IMG/VR virus record: IMGVR_UViG_3300024513_000016
Coordinates: 1-64,000 of that record
DNA: 64,000 nucleotides
From: a virus
Direction: 5' to 3' (one strand)
In this document: positions 25,505 through 36,799 of the stretch, one piece after another
Layout of the letters: every line of letters begins with the position of its first letter
Numbering within the stretch: the first letter of the stretch is position 1
The notes under the pieces: generated by a model
What the model was told of the DNA's origin: nothing
The model's input: only the letters and a program-made list of their open reading frames with translations
Database searches by the model: none
Translations under genes and position numbers: made by a program

Positions 25505-27598
25505 TTAAATTGCCGAAATTGAAATCCCTTCAAAACTAACCCCAGAAATAGTAGTAGTACTATCAAATGCATAGGGATTAAAAAGTACTCTACTCGTAGA
25601 ACCTCTTAAATTACCATTACCTCTAAGGTTGTATGAGTCACCAGCAGAATCAGGATAATCCGTTAGTGCATTATAAGTCTGTGACCAATAACCAACTTCA
25701 TTTGGATCAGGATATGGATCTGACATGTTTATGTCTCTACTTCCATATAATTCTAACCAATCGTGAACATCACTTTGACTTGCACTTCTATTTTGTTGCA
25801 GATACAATGCTATAACTGAGCAAGCATTTGGACCAGCTGAACTTGTTCCATTGAACCAAGTATCATAAAAACTTGTATTATCTTGTCTTACAAAATCTTC
25901 ATAAGTAGAAGTATAACCAGCAGCCATAGTCATTTCTGCAGGTGCCCAAACATTAATCATTGGACCATTTGCAGAATAACAAACTTTTCTGACAGAATAA
26001 GGAGCAGATCCTTGTCTAGAACCTACAGGTTCTACACCACAATCTAAAGCACCAACTCGAATTGTTCCTTGCTTTCGAGTCTCAACATTTGCACCACCTT
26101 TTTGAACTCCACCAACTCGATTAATATAATTAGTACTAGTGGAATACCAATTATTATAATCTATATCATTAACATCCGAAAGTTTTTGATTGGTATTTCC
26201 AGCAGAAGAAACTACTATACATCCTGCAGCAATTGCATTTTCTGCTCCAGCATTATCAGCACCAGCAGGTGAAAGAGGAGAATACTGTCCAGTTCCAGAA
26301 TAAGCAGTAGTGCTAGTAGTAACTCCCGTGTTATAAGTAAAATACTTATGATTCCTACATGCTCCAGAGTTTGCTGGTGGATTTAATAGACTCGCATTTC
26401 CTACATAAGTTAATGTAGAACCCCTATATCCATGAGTATAAGTAGTGCCACTATTATTACCTGTAGATGAAGTCCACCCATAACTATTATTAATTAATGT
26501 TGGATCTGGATCTCCATTTTGAGATATTTTTTTTGCATTGTGGAACATAGCACAAATATTTAATGCTATCGATGCATCAATAATTCCCCCAACACCACCT
26601 AAAGCAATTCTGAATCCCCATACATTACATTCATATGCCAATCCAAAAGATTTTCCTCCAATTTGAGAAGCACATGCAGTTCCATGCCCATCTACAAGTT
26701 GATTTCCATTGGAATTTGGTGTTTTAGTTGAAGTATGAGCTAAAGTATATAAAGAACTAAATGTGGCATACCCAATACCACTAAATTGTGGAGATCTATT
26801 GGATGGATTTGACCACCAACTATGTGCAGCAGTAGTTGCAATTCCAACTCCCAAATTTACTCCATCTACGATTTTTGTATAAGTTAATCCTCTAGAATTA
26901 AAATATTCAGGATCTACTTTGTAAGGACCATCTAATATAACATCTTTAACTCTAGTAGATCCATCAGCATTTCTAAATTCTGGATGTAAAGGAGTTACAC
27001 CAGAATCTATAATTACACAATCAACATTAGCACCAGTAACTGTATAGTCTATGTCAGTGTCTACTCGTGTTGTAGATGCAATACCAACACCACGAAAAGG
27101 TTCACTGGAAGGATTATTTACAAAAAGATGTCCCCAATTTGATCTTACACCATTTGTATGAGTTACTGTATGAAATCTATTTGTTGCCATGAAGGGGGCA
27201 GCAGTAAATCCTGGTTTATTAAAAGCTACATCTTTACCATACCTTCTTAATACAAAAAGTGATTTAGGTTGAGGATATATGGATGGATCTAAAACTACAC
27301 TTTCAACTTTAGGATGAGTCCTGAGGATTTCAGCCTCTTCAGGACTCATAGTATAAACAGAGGTTCTCAATGAATATTCTTCAATATTTTCACATTCAAT
27401 TTTTCGATTAGGAATACCATCAATTTCATTTTCATTCACAATGTAATTATGAATTTCTTCCCAATCATTCTCATCCTTAACTATTACTTTATATGAATCA
27501 ATTTCATTTGGAGTATATTCTATTGGAACAGTATCTGGAGAAATCTCTATGATACGTTCACGTTCTAATTGGTTTTCACTAAGAGATATATTTTGCAT
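25505..27598 (-). CDS. Subtilisin-like (S8) serine protease with acidic pro-region
   Basis: Triad motifs IIDSG, DGHGTACA, FNGTSSAGP; oxyanion SAGN. Confidence 0.9.
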   Translation of the reverse strand: MQNISLSENQLERERIIEISPDTVPIEYTPNEIDSYKVIVKDENDWEEIHNYIVNENEIDGIPNRKIECENIEEYSLRTSVYTMSPEEAEILRTHPKVESVVLDPSIYPQPKSLFVLRRYGKDVAFNKPGFTAAPFMATNRFHTVTHTNGVRSNWGHLFVNNPSSEPFRGVGIASTTRVDTDIDYTVTGANVDCVIIDSGVTPLHPEFRNADGSTRVKDVILDGPYKVDPEYFNSRGLTYTKIVDGVNLGVGIATTAAHSWWSNPSNRSPQFSGIGYATFSSLYTLAHTSTKTPNSNGNQLVDGHGTACASQIGGKSFGLAYECNVWGFRIALGGVGGIIDASIALNICAMFHNAKKISQNGDPDPTLINNSYGWTSSTGNNSGTTYTHGYRGSTLTYVGNASLLNPPANSGACRNHKYFTYNTGVTTSTTAYSGTGQYSPLSPAGADNAGAENAIAAGCIVVSSAGNTNQKLSDVNDIDYNNWYSTSTNYINRVGGVQKGGANVETRKQGTIRVGALDCGVEPVGSRQGSAPYSVRKVCYSANGPMINVWAPAEMTMAAGYTSTYEDFVRQDNTSFYDTWFNGTSSAGPNACSVIALYLQQNRSASQSDVHDWLELYGSRDINMSDPYPDPNEVGYWSQTYNALTDYPDSAGDSYNLRGNGNLRGSTSRVLFNPYAFDSTTTISGVSFEGISISAI

Positions 27599-27618
27599 TT
27601 ATTGAGTACTAATAAAAA

Positions 27619-29484
27619 TTATAGTTGACGAGAACTATTTGGTTTTAATTGTGCAACTTCAGATTCAGAAATTTCGGAAATAGTTGGATCATCATCTGTT
27701 TTTTCAGGTTCTATAATGACTTTTCCATTTTCATCTGTCCAATCTGTATCAATCATATGTTTATCTTTTCTTTCTCCAATAACAATCCATGAAATGTTAT
27801 CTATAGAATTTGGATTCTGACATTCAATAGTTAAAATATTTCCATTTACTGCACCTCTCACTTGATCCCATCCACTTTCATTTGTAGTAAAGCACTGAAC
27901 ATCTCTACATAAAGCCGAGAAAGTTCCTTCAGTCATTCCAGAAACTTCATCAATATTTACAGAAGCAGTTCCATTTACAAGATTAACTTTCCCCCTGTAA
28001 ATAAGATCAGCTTTAGGTCCTTCTATAAATGAATGAACCAAATAATGTGTATCCTTCTTATCCTCTAATGGGTGATCAATTTTAAATGATCCTGATCCTT
28101 TTGATAAAGCTCCAGTTACGTACAAACTATCCCATATAGTGGTACTAAAAGAACCTCCAGCGGAAACTTTTGCTTGGAAATGTCCATAAAAAGAACCATT
28201 TCTTCTCAAATACATTGTATTAGTAGAAACCCCGGCAAGAGATATTCCAGTACTATCAGATGCTTGCATCCAAGAGTCTCCACCATACATTATAATATTC
28301 TGATCTGTAAGTATAGCCATTACAGATCTATTAGTAGAAACTCCAGTAGTAGTTTCAAAAGTTGTTATAATTGCCTCACTTTCATTAACTTTAAATACTA
28401 AATCAAGGGCATTTCCAAAAGTATCTGGAGTTGTAGGATAAATTGCAAGTCTATTTGTTCCAGATTTATCAGTTATGTAGAACAAAGTTTCATAATCTGT
28501 TCCAGGTGTTAGAAAATCAAATATAGAAATACCAGGTGTTGATATTTGAGGAAGTACTGTAGATCCAATTCCAACGGTCAGTAATTCATTTTGTTTACTA
28601 TAACGGTACCAATCACCAACGGTTACACCAGATGAAGGAATTTTAATTTGATTTCCTGCATCAGAATAAACAACACTTGAAACATCATAATAAAGAACAC
28701 TAGGAGTATCTTCAGTTATTAAAATTTCAGTGTATTTTGGAATATTAGATACTGTAACACCATTAGTATATTCTTCTGTTCTTGCTTCATCGATATAGAA
28801 TTTTATTCTACCTAATGAAAAAGCACTGCTATCAGATTCATTAAAACGATAGGTTTTTCCTGGTAAAAATGTTAAATATGGAGCCTCTACACCATCAAAA
28901 ACATATGATTTATTTTTTCCTACTCCAGATGGATATCTATGGTTACTAGTTTTATTAGCTACAGTAACTATAATTTCTATCGGATTTCCATTATTAACAG
29001 AATGAGGCTCTGCATAATATCCACCACTTAAAGGTCCAGAACTTATAATTCTACTGGAAGAAACATTAGTTGCAGTAAGAATTCCAGTAAAGTTTGCATC
29101 ACCAGAAGAATTAACTAATTCATTAGATCCTACACTAATTCTACCAGCATCTGCATCTATACTAAGTTGAGAACCAATATTAATTTGATTACTCGTTGGA
29201 TCTAAAGTAATAGTAGCAGTACCAATTGAAAGAATTCCAGTGATTCTAGCATTACCATTTACAAGTAAATCAGTTCCTGCTGTACCAATTACAACATTCC
29301 CTACAGTGACTATTCCAACTACGTTTGATAGATCAGATTTTGCTAATTCATGTCCACCAGCATTTACACCATCATGAACACGAAGAGAATTATTGTCAGT
29401 ATTTACTGAAATTTCCCCAGAACCACCTGTAAAATTGTTATTCTGGGATTCATCCCCTCTTCTAAATTGTACTTGTGTAGGCAT
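27619..29484 (-). CDS. Tail fibre with Mtd-like N-terminus
   Basis: MPTQVQFRRG...GE..V.TD...RVHDG...GG; C-terminal F.IDHP..L.H..IEGP...YRG domain; CTAAATA at 29503-29509. Confidence 0.8.
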   Translation of the reverse strand: MPTQVQFRRGDESQNNNFTGGSGEISVNTDNNSLRVHDGVNAGGHELAKSDLSNVVGIVTVGNVVIGTAGTDLLVNGNARITGILSIGTATITLDPTSNQINIGSQLSIDADAGRISVGSNELVNSSGDANFTGILTATNVSSSRIISSGPLSGGYYAEPHSVNNGNPIEIIVTVANKTSNHRYPSGVGKNKSYVFDGVEAPYLTFLPGKTYRFNESDSSAFSLGRIKFYIDEARTEEYTNGVTVSNIPKYTEILITEDTPSVLYYDVSSVVYSDAGNQIKIPSSGVTVGDWYRYSKQNELLTVGIGSTVLPQISTPGISIFDFLTPGTDYETLFYITDKSGTNRLAIYPTTPDTFGNALDLVFKVNESEAIITTFETTTGVSTNRSVMAILTDQNIIMYGGDSWMQASDSTGISLAGVSTNTMYLRRNGSFYGHFQAKVSAGGSFSTTIWDSLYVTGALSKGSGSFKIDHPLEDKKDTHYLVHSFIEGPKADLIYRGKVNLVNGTASVNIDEVSGMTEGTFSALCRDVQCFTTNESGWDQVRGAVNGNILTIECQNPNSIDNISWIVIGERKDKHMIDTDWTDENGKVIIEPEKTDDDPTISEISESEVAQLKPNSSRQL

Positions 29485-29515
29485 CTTTCTTATCTTTTTA
29501 AGTATTTAGTATAAT

Positions 29516-31405
29516 TTATAAAACCCCGAAATCAAATGAGGGTAAAAATCCTGCAGGATCTGTTAAACAATCAAAGACACTAATGATAGAAATTCCAAAA
29601 GCATCATAATTAGAAGATAAATTACCATAATCACCTAATGGTAATGATGAAGTATGAATTCCAGAAACTTTATTTGCTCTCACTGTATTTTGGTTGCCAT
29701 CAATAATTACACTTGACTGACCTACTGTTAAAATTCCAGTAACTCTAGCATTACCATTAACCATTAATGTGGTTCCAGATGCACCTACTGCACCAACTTC
29801 CAAAGCAAATCTTGCATTTGTAGTTCCTATACCAACTCCAGAACTGTTAATTCTTACATACTCTTGAGTTTCTGATTTATCGGTAAAAATAATATCTTCA
29901 GATCCAATAGTAATATTAGAACCTGTTGAGATTCCATTATAATCTGTGACAATTTTTAAATCACCATTTGAAGTAAAGATTCTTGCTACTCCTCCAGTAC
30001 CAGGAATTCCCCCAAAATTATCATAAATGAAACCAAGATGATCTTCACCACTTCCATCAATATTTTGACCTAAAGTAAAAGTAGCAGGTAAACCAGAAGC
30101 AGAAGATGTAATAGAAATAGTAGGAAGAGTGAACGTCTGTGGGAACAGAGAATTTAATGAAATTACACCAGAATTCAGTATAAATGTGTCAACATCAGTT
30201 TGAAAATATCCTCCAGGAGTATTGATTGCAATATTAGGAGCATAAACACTTAAAAGAGGTGTAGAAATATCTACAATTGATGTGCCAATTCCAACTGAGG
30301 TAAATGTATTGCCGTCATTACAATCAAAATTTACTGTTCCTAAAACATCTAATTGTGATATTGGGTCTGTGGTTCCAATACCAATGTTTCCACTAAAAAT
30401 AGAAACATCAGAAACACTTAAAGTTTCAAGAGAAGTATCACCTTTTACTGTAAGAGCACTTGTTGGATTTGTGGTTCCAACACCAACATTAGATAATGTG
30501 TGGATTCCTGATGCTGTTGTGACCCACTGAGAAGAAATAGGTAACTGCGAATTACCCCAAATACCAGTAGAAGAATCATAAATTAAAACGTCATTATCTG
30601 ATAATGTTGTAGTATCAATCCCAACATCATGAAGATCATTTAAAAAGAATCCAAATGTAGGTCTAACTAAAATAATCCCAGCATTCTGATGAGATCTAAG
30701 AACTGCTGCAATTTGAATAGAGTGATTTGGTGCAGATGGCTGCACATTTGTCATAACACCTACATTATTTGGATCAGCATAAAGAATATCACCTACATTC
30801 CATTCTTCAGTATTAAGATCTCCGACTTTACCAAAACTAGTAACATATCCAAAATCATTAGTTGCAAAATCTTGAGTTGCAACACCCATAATGTAAGTAT
30901 CTCTGAATCCCACTGATTGTAAATCTGATGGGGTTATGAGTGCATGATCCCCCTGGACTCCCGCAAACATTATAAGTTGACCATTAGTTATTGGTGCTAC
31001 AGCTTTAGCATAAAAATATTGCTCTTGCCCCACTTGAAGTGTGACATCATTCAATAATCCAATATCTAAAGTTCCTTCAGAACTATTCCAAGAAAGATCT
31101 CCCGCACTTATAGTTGCTACAGTATCTGTTTTAAATCCAATGGAAGTAAATTCCGATATCACTGTAGATAAACCTACAGTTGAAATACCAGAATTATAAG
31201 ATATTGAAAAATTATTATCAAAATTAAATGTAGTAGTAGCACCCACTACAGCATTATTACTTTCTAATGCAACAGAAGATGCATTATAATTTACAGTCAA
31301 CGATGTTGAATATCCCACCCACTGTTTCCCATTCCAAATAAAAGAATTTTCACCACTAGTAAAAATTTGATATAGTGTTGGTGAACCTGGGAAATTTATT
31401 GCCAT
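29516..31405 (-). CDS. Tail fibre/appendage protein
   Basis: MAINFP.SP..WNG.QW anchor; repeated VG(I/V)GTT.P motifs. Confidence 0.75.
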   Translation of the reverse strand: MAINFPGSPTLYQIFTSGENSFIWNGKQWVGYSTSLTVNYNASSVALESNNAVVGATTTFNFDNNFSISYNSGISTVGLSTVISEFTSIGFKTDTVATISAGDLSWNSSEGTLDIGLLNDVTLQVGQEQYFYAKAVAPITNGQLIMFAGVQGDHALITPSDLQSVGFRDTYIMGVATQDFATNDFGYVTSFGKVGDLNTEEWNVGDILYADPNNVGVMTNVQPSAPNHSIQIAAVLRSHQNAGIILVRPTFGFFLNDLHDVGIDTTTLSDNDVLIYDSSTGIWGNSQLPISSQWVTTASGIHTLSNVGVGTTNPTSALTVKGDTSLETLSVSDVSIFSGNIGIGTTDPISQLDVLGTVNFDCNDGNTFTSVGIGTSIVDISTPLLSVYAPNIAINTPGGYFQTDVDTFILNSGVISLNSLFPQTFTLPTISITSSASGLPATFTLGQNIDGSGEDHLGFIYDNFGGIPGTGGVARIFTSNGDLKIVTDYNGISTGSNITIGSEDIIFTDKSETQEYVRINSSGVGIGTTNARFALEVGAVGASGTTLMVNGNARVTGILTVGQSSVIIDGNQNTVRANKVSGIHTSSLPLGDYGNLSSNYDAFGISIISVFDCLTDPAGFLPSFDFGVL

Positions 31406-31420
31406 TTTTACCCTTTCTAA

Positions 31421-32347
31421 TTATTTATTATAAACTCCACGAGGGAATACTTGACCTTGTGAAGGTCTTCTTCCTGTCAAGTATCCAGGTCTAGTATCTG
31501 TTAAGACATTAAAATTAGATCCACTTATATTTCCCAAAGAAACAGATCCATTTGTTACTTCAATAAAACCTGTTCTACTATTTACAAGAATTTCATTGGA
31601 ACTTAAAGTTTTATTTTTATATGCACGAATTAGTGCTATCCTTCCATTAAATGTATCATTATACTGTAGTTTATCTCCATTAAATGCAGCGATTCCAATA
31701 TTTTTACTCGTAGAATAAATTGTAGGAACAGAATAACTAACATCCAAATTACCATTAATATAAAATGAAAGTATAGAACTACCATAAGTTACTACAACAT
31801 GATTCCAAACATCTTGAGTGATTGATGTACTTGAGGATTTACCGACAGCAGTTGCTCTTGTAGATCCTGTTTGATATATAAAATCCAACTTATTAGTAGA
31901 TTCATTAACTCTAAACTGCCAATTTAATGGATCAGTATCTCCAGTATCTGCAGTAAATATTTGTGAATTAGCTCCATCTCCAGAATCACTATCGTAGTAA
32001 ATCCAAGCCTCAATTGAAAATTGAGAACTATTAGTTAAATTCAAACTATCAGATTCAGGTATTGTTCCCTTAGAAGTAGATGATCCATTGAAAACAAGGG
32101 AAGAAAAATTAACAGTTGCAGTGTTAAATGATATATTTGTTAAAAATGCATTGTTATTTTGTCCACTTATATCAGTCCAAGTATTTCCATTTCCAGGATA
32201 AGATGTTATTTTGTTGGTATTTAAATTTAAAACCAAACCGTCAGTAATTTCAGGTGGTTGAAAAAAAATATTTGAATAATTAAAATGTACTGAAGTATTT
32301 AATCCAGAAACAGCAGTTGTTAAAGTTGGAAAACTATAATCTGCCAT
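31421..32347 (-). CDS. LamG/concanavalin A-like lectin domain virion protein
   Basis: GLVL.L...SYPG.G.TW.D.SG; FSIEAWI; WNHVVVTY...FYING; FNGRIA.IR.Y...LS..EI. Confidence 0.85.
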   Translation of the reverse strand: MADYSFPTLTTAVSGLNTSVHFNYSNIFFQPPEITDGLVLNLNTNKITSYPGNGNTWTDISGQNNNAFLTNISFNTATVNFSSLVFNGSSTSKGTIPESDSLNLTNSSQFSIEAWIYYDSDSGDGANSQIFTADTGDTDPLNWQFRVNESTNKLDFIYQTGSTRATAVGKSSSTSITQDVWNHVVVTYGSSILSFYINGNLDVSYSVPTIYSTSKNIGIAAFNGDKLQYNDTFNGRIALIRAYKNKTLSSNEILVNSRTGFIEVTNGSVSLGNISGSNFNVLTDTRPGYLTGRRPSQGQVFPRGVYNK

Positions 32348-33816
32348 TAGACTGTCCTCGCACAGAAGAGAATACCACGAGTTCTTGTAGTTTGATTGTA
32401 AGAACCAGTAATTACAGTATAAACTTCAGATCCACTAATTGTGATTGTATCACCCTGTTGGATATTTGCAGATGGAGTTGCATAATCAAAATCAATTAAT
32501 ACAAAATCATCAGGAATGTAATAAGGAACGGGAACTAACAAAGCATTAATTGGAATACCTTTAATTACAGCATTAAAGTTTGATGCTGATGGTAAGGTTT
32601 CACTGAAATTGTCTCCACCGGATCCACGACTTGTAATATTTCTTACATAAATGTTAGAATCAGTAGCTGTATATGATTGTGAATGAGATGTTGAACGATA
32701 AGTATTAGATTTATATGGTTGTGAATGTAAATTAGCACTATCAAATTGAGTATATCCAAATTCAGCAGCACGTTTTGATGGAACTGTTGAACTGTATGCA
32801 GAGTATTCCCCTGCAGTATATGTTCTAAATTCTAAACCTGGATAATAATCATTTGAAATAGGTATAATCATTGTCATTCCACCCAGGAAAACATAATCAT
32901 AATCCCATAAAGTGGATGTATGATTATGAAGTATGAATGTAAGGTATGTATTATCTCTCAATTTAGTAGAAGATAGTGTTGGATGCCTATAGGATAAAAC
33001 AGAAAATTTTGGATCTATTCCAGATTTGAAAATATTCAAATCTAATTGATAAGAAGTAGAATTTGCAATTGTTTCTCCACCATTATTTGCTGCAGTATAA
33101 TATCCAAACTGATCAGATGCCCTATCAAAATATGCACCACTTATAACTGGGGTATAAGGCATATCAAAATATGAGTTCCCAGCAAAACGATTTGGATATC
33201 CTTTCCCTCTATTTACATATACATTTGAAATATCTGAAGGATGAAATCCAGATCCAACGTGAAATTCTAAAGAAGTATCACTCATCATTTGGAATCCTCT
33301 GTAGGTATCTCCAAATTTCTTATTTGATTGAATTGTATGTCTCAATACTCCCCAAGGATATGTCCCCCCTGCGGTTACATCCTTATCGTAAAAAGCATTT
33401 GTTGCTCCATAACTAACGGGAGTTACACCACCATCAACTAAAACAGTAATACCAATCGCAACAGCTCCATTTGCAGCACCACCAATATCCGCTGGTGATA
33501 ATGTTACATACTCGCCATTCGTATATCCAACACCAGGACGATTGACATAAATGTTTTGAACCGTTCCACCAGATCTATCAACATAAAAACTTGCTCCAGT
33601 TCCAATTCCAGTTGTAGTTGCAGTAAATACATCATAGTGATCTGTACTTGATGATCCTACAGTTCCACCACCACTATAAGCACTAATACCAGTTACAATT
33701 CCAGTTTGAGTTGCCCCGTGCCAACCTAACCAAGTAAATGCACTTTCTAATTGCTCTATAACATTAGTTCTTGCCCAACCAGGATTAATTGAAATTGTTG
33801 TCGTTGTAATTGCCAT
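32347..33816 (-). CDS. Virion structural protein
   Basis: In fibre operon; GTGASF.V...G.GY module. Confidence 0.65.
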   Translation of the reverse strand: MAITTTTISINPGWARTNVIEQLESAFTWLGWHGATQTGIVTGISAYSGGGTVGSSSTDHYDVFTATTTGIGTGASFYVDRSGGTVQNIYVNRPGVGYTNGEYVTLSPADIGGAANGAVAIGITVLVDGGVTPVSYGATNAFYDKDVTAGGTYPWGVLRHTIQSNKKFGDTYRGFQMMSDTSLEFHVGSGFHPSDISNVYVNRGKGYPNRFAGNSYFDMPYTPVISGAYFDRASDQFGYYTAANNGGETIANSTSYQLDLNIFKSGIDPKFSVLSYRHPTLSSTKLRDNTYLTFILHNHTSTLWDYDYVFLGGMTMIIPISNDYYPGLEFRTYTAGEYSAYSSTVPSKRAAEFGYTQFDSANLHSQPYKSNTYRSTSHSQSYTATDSNIYVRNITSRGSGGDNFSETLPSASNFNAVIKGIPINALLVPVPYYIPDDFVLIDFDYATPSANIQQGDTITISGSEVYTVITGSYNQTTRTRGILFCARTV

Positions 33817-33822
33817 TAGTCT

Positions 33823-36588
33823 TTATGCCTCCAGTTGAAGAATGGTTAGATTTGCTGTAATTGCTTGTGTAGAACCAGAAAGGTTTGTGATTGCTGCATA
33901 TATTGTAGTGTCAGTGGGATTATCAAGATTACCACCCATCACAAAAGGAGAAATAATTTGAGTAGTTGAAATGCCAGTAGTAATCACTTCAGCAATCACT
34001 CCACTTCCAGGTGTTGGATCAATTCCAACACTTCTAGAAGCATCAGCAGCACGAGATGCACTATCTGTATATAGTCTTAACCAACCTGCAGTGGAAAGAC
34101 CGACTCTCATTAAAGCATAAGACTTAAATCCTGTAATATTTGTATTACCAATTCCATTATTTGCAATTGATGTTGTTACACCAGTTACAGTAGTTCTTGA
34201 TTGTAGTGAACCACCAGATGCTGTAATTGTTGCAATACCAGAAGTAGAATAATCAACATCAAGTCCAGTTCCAAAGTTAATTGTTCGTGCAGAACCAACA
34301 TTTACATTATCGTCTAAAACAACAATACCAGATCCAGTTGCATTAACATTGAGAAGTGCAGAACCATCAATCGCAGGTAGTGATCCAGTTAATTGACCTG
34401 CAGGGAGACTGGTTATGTTTGCACCAGAACCATAGAAAGAAGTAGCAGTAATTACACCAGTTGCATTTATATGCCCAGAATTTGATAATGTAATTGCAGA
34501 TCCAACTTTAACATTTCCAATAAAAGTGTTATCCGAATTTCCATTAGATGTTAATGATCCATCTATTGAAAGATTTCCAGTATCAGAGTATAAAGTTGCT
34601 ATCTCAGATTTGTTTAAGAAAGATTCCTTTCTGTAGAATACAATATTTCCTCTATCACCATTTGTAAATCCATTTGCAGCAATTTGCAGTTCCTTACTGC
34701 TAGCATTAATATTTCCAGAAACACTACCTGCTGGATCCCTACCAATAATTATGGCATTATTAAGGTCTGAGTAACTACCTGCTCTTAAATAATCAACAGT
34801 GGTAATACCTGCGTAAATATTTGGAGTTCCTGCAAGACTATAAGCAGTTGTTGCTTCTGATACTGAACTTGCACCAGAGACAGTGGCAATACCAGACCCA
34901 AATGAAACATTTAAGTTTGTTCCAAAATCAATTGTCCCTGCAGTTCCCACTGGTGTTCCATCTTCTCTAATTTCAACTCCAGCACCTGTAGCAACAACTC
35001 CAGTCAATGCAGAACCGTCAATGGCAGGAAGTGCTCCTGTAAGTTGCCCAGCATTGAGTGTTCCATAGAAACTTGTAGCAGATACAACACCAGAAACTGT
35101 GAGTGCTTCTGTAGCTACTGTAGTCTTAATACCAACATTACCACTTGAGTTAATATATTGTCTGATGTTTCCTTCACCATCAGCAATGACTACATTATTT
35201 GATGATGTGCGAATATCTAATCCAGTCTGTCCATCATAACCACCAAGAATTACGTTATAAGAACCAGTTGTAATTTTTTGCCCTGCTCTTACACCAACAC
35301 CAATATTGTATTGTCCAGTGGTTGTGTCATAATAAGACAGTTCACCGATACCAATGTTTCTACCCTGACCACCGTTTAAAGTAACAAGAACCTGATCACC
35401 AATCGCAATATTTCTACCACTTCCAGATCCAGAAGGCAAATTACCAAATCTTAAGTTTGATGATGCATCTGCTTGAATTCTTCCCTGAGAAATTGTTGTT
35501 ACACCAGATACATTCAGTTGCGAAGCATTTGCATAACCACCTGTTAAGTTTGTTGCATCAGTTATAGAACCAACAAGATTTCCATAGAAAGTTGTAGCAC
35601 TAATAATTCCAGTAGAGGAATACATTGTGATGCCACTACCCACAAAAGTATTACCACTAAAAGTAGAAATACCGGAAGCATTTAATTGCCCTGTAACGGT
35701 TGTTCCTGTGATTGTTACACCAGTATTAGTGGTTGCTAACTTTTTAGATCCATTATAATAAAGATCTACAGATCCATCTGCAGTACAATCAAGCATGAAC
35801 TCAGCATCTGCTTTATTTTTTAATATAATTCTATCAGATGTTATCCTAAAAGTTGTGTTGCTGTATATTCTAGATCCAGTAACACCATTATATTGAAGAT
35901 AATATTGATTAGAATCTCCAAGATTGATATTAGAATTAGTAGAAAGATTTATATTATTTTTAAAAGTAGAAACACCAGTCACATAAAGTTGAGATGTTGA
36001 TGTTCCACTACCAACAACGGTAAGAGCACTTGTTGGATTTGTGGTTCCTATACCAACATTCGAAAGTGTATGAATTCCTACTAATGAAGATAACCAGTAA
36101 GACTCTCCAGAACCCCCTGTTGTATTAAGTCCTGCAGATGCTGGAGAAAAATCTACCCATTGTGAAGAACTTCCATCATTATAATATATAAATCCTCTTC
36201 CTAAAGTACTATCATACCATAAATTTCCACTAATAGGAGAGACAGGTTCAGTATCAGAAATGGTTACACTTGCACCACCACCTCCAGAGAATGCAATACC
36301 ATTCTGATATAAAGTTCCCGTAAGATTAATATCCCCAATTACTTCTAATTTATATTGGGAATTTGTTGTACCTATACCAATATTTCCATCATTATAGTAT
36401 GCACTGCCATTCGGGTTCTCAGTCCATACATTTAAAAGTGTGACGGTAGATCCTACTCCAACATTCTCTTTTCTTGCAAAGAGTCTACCATCATTAAAAT
36501 TATACCCTAACTCTCCAAGTTCTAAATCTGAAACTTGTGGTCTTTTTCCGGATACGGATGATCTTTTAAGTTTAAACGGAGTTGCCAT
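33823..36588 (-). CDS. Tail fibre protein
   Basis: KLKRSSV.GK.P...L.LGEL..N..DG.LF anchor; GNLWYDS..G..IYY.DG.S.QWV; LPAIDGSAL repeats. Confidence 0.8.
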   Translation of the reverse strand: MATPFKLKRSSVSGKRPQVSDLELGELGYNFNDGRLFARKENVGVGSTVTLLNVWTENPNGSAYYNDGNIGIGTTNSQYKLEVIGDINLTGTLYQNGIAFSGGGGASVTISDTEPVSPISGNLWYDSTLGRGFIYYNDGSSSQWVDFSPASAGLNTTGGSGESYWLSSLVGIHTLSNVGIGTTNPTSALTVVGSGTSTSQLYVTGVSTFKNNINLSTNSNINLGDSNQYYLQYNGVTGSRIYSNTTFRITSDRIILKNKADAEFMLDCTADGSVDLYYNGSKKLATTNTGVTITGTTVTGQLNASGISTFSGNTFVGSGITMYSSTGIISATTFYGNLVGSITDATNLTGGYANASQLNVSGVTTISQGRIQADASSNLRFGNLPSGSGSGRNIAIGDQVLVTLNGGQGRNIGIGELSYYDTTTGQYNIGVGVRAGQKITTGSYNVILGGYDGQTGLDIRTSSNNVVIADGEGNIRQYINSSGNVGIKTTVATEALTVSGVVSATSFYGTLNAGQLTGALPAIDGSALTGVVATGAGVEIREDGTPVGTAGTIDFGTNLNVSFGSGIATVSGASSVSEATTAYSLAGTPNIYAGITTVDYLRAGSYSDLNNAIIIGRDPAGSVSGNINASSKELQIAANGFTNGDRGNIVFYRKESFLNKSEIATLYSDTGNLSIDGSLTSNGNSDNTFIGNVKVGSAITLSNSGHINATGVITATSFYGSGANITSLPAGQLTGSLPAIDGSALLNVNATGSGIVVLDDNVNVGSARTINFGTGLDVDYSTSGIATITASGGSLQSRTTVTGVTTSIANNGIGNTNITGFKSYALMRVGLSTAGWLRLYTDSASRAADASRSVGIDPTPGSGVIAEVITTGISTTQIISPFVMGGNLDNPTDTTIYAAITNLSGSTQAITANLTILQLEA

Positions 36589-36605
36589 ATTGGTATATAC
36601 CTAAT

Positions 36606-36632
36606 AAAAAAGGAGACTTATCTAAGTCTCCT
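36606..36632 (-). terminator. Rho-independent terminator
   Basis: GGAGACTTA-GA-TAAGTCTCC-TTTTTT on the minus strand. Confidence 0.85.
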
Positions 36633-36637
36633 AATAT

Positions 36638-36793
36638 TTATTCAGTTTCCAATTCTTCTAATGCTTCTAATGCACCTTGAAGTTTCAAGAATTCTTCTTT
36701 CTTTTTATTGAATTCTTGTTCCATAGCAAGAAGTTCATCTCTAATTTTAGTTGCCTTTTCAGTCAGAATGGTTTTCATTTCATCTTGTTTCAT
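36638..36793 (-). CDS. Small coiled-coil protein (51 aa), possible fibre chaperone; not in ORF track
   Basis: MKQDEMKTILTEKATKIRDELLAMEQEFNKKKEEFLKLQGALEALEELETE. Confidence 0.7.
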   Translation of the reverse strand: MKQDEMKTILTEKATKIRDELLAMEQEFNKKKEEFLKLQGALEALEELETE

Positions 36794-36799
36794 AATAGA

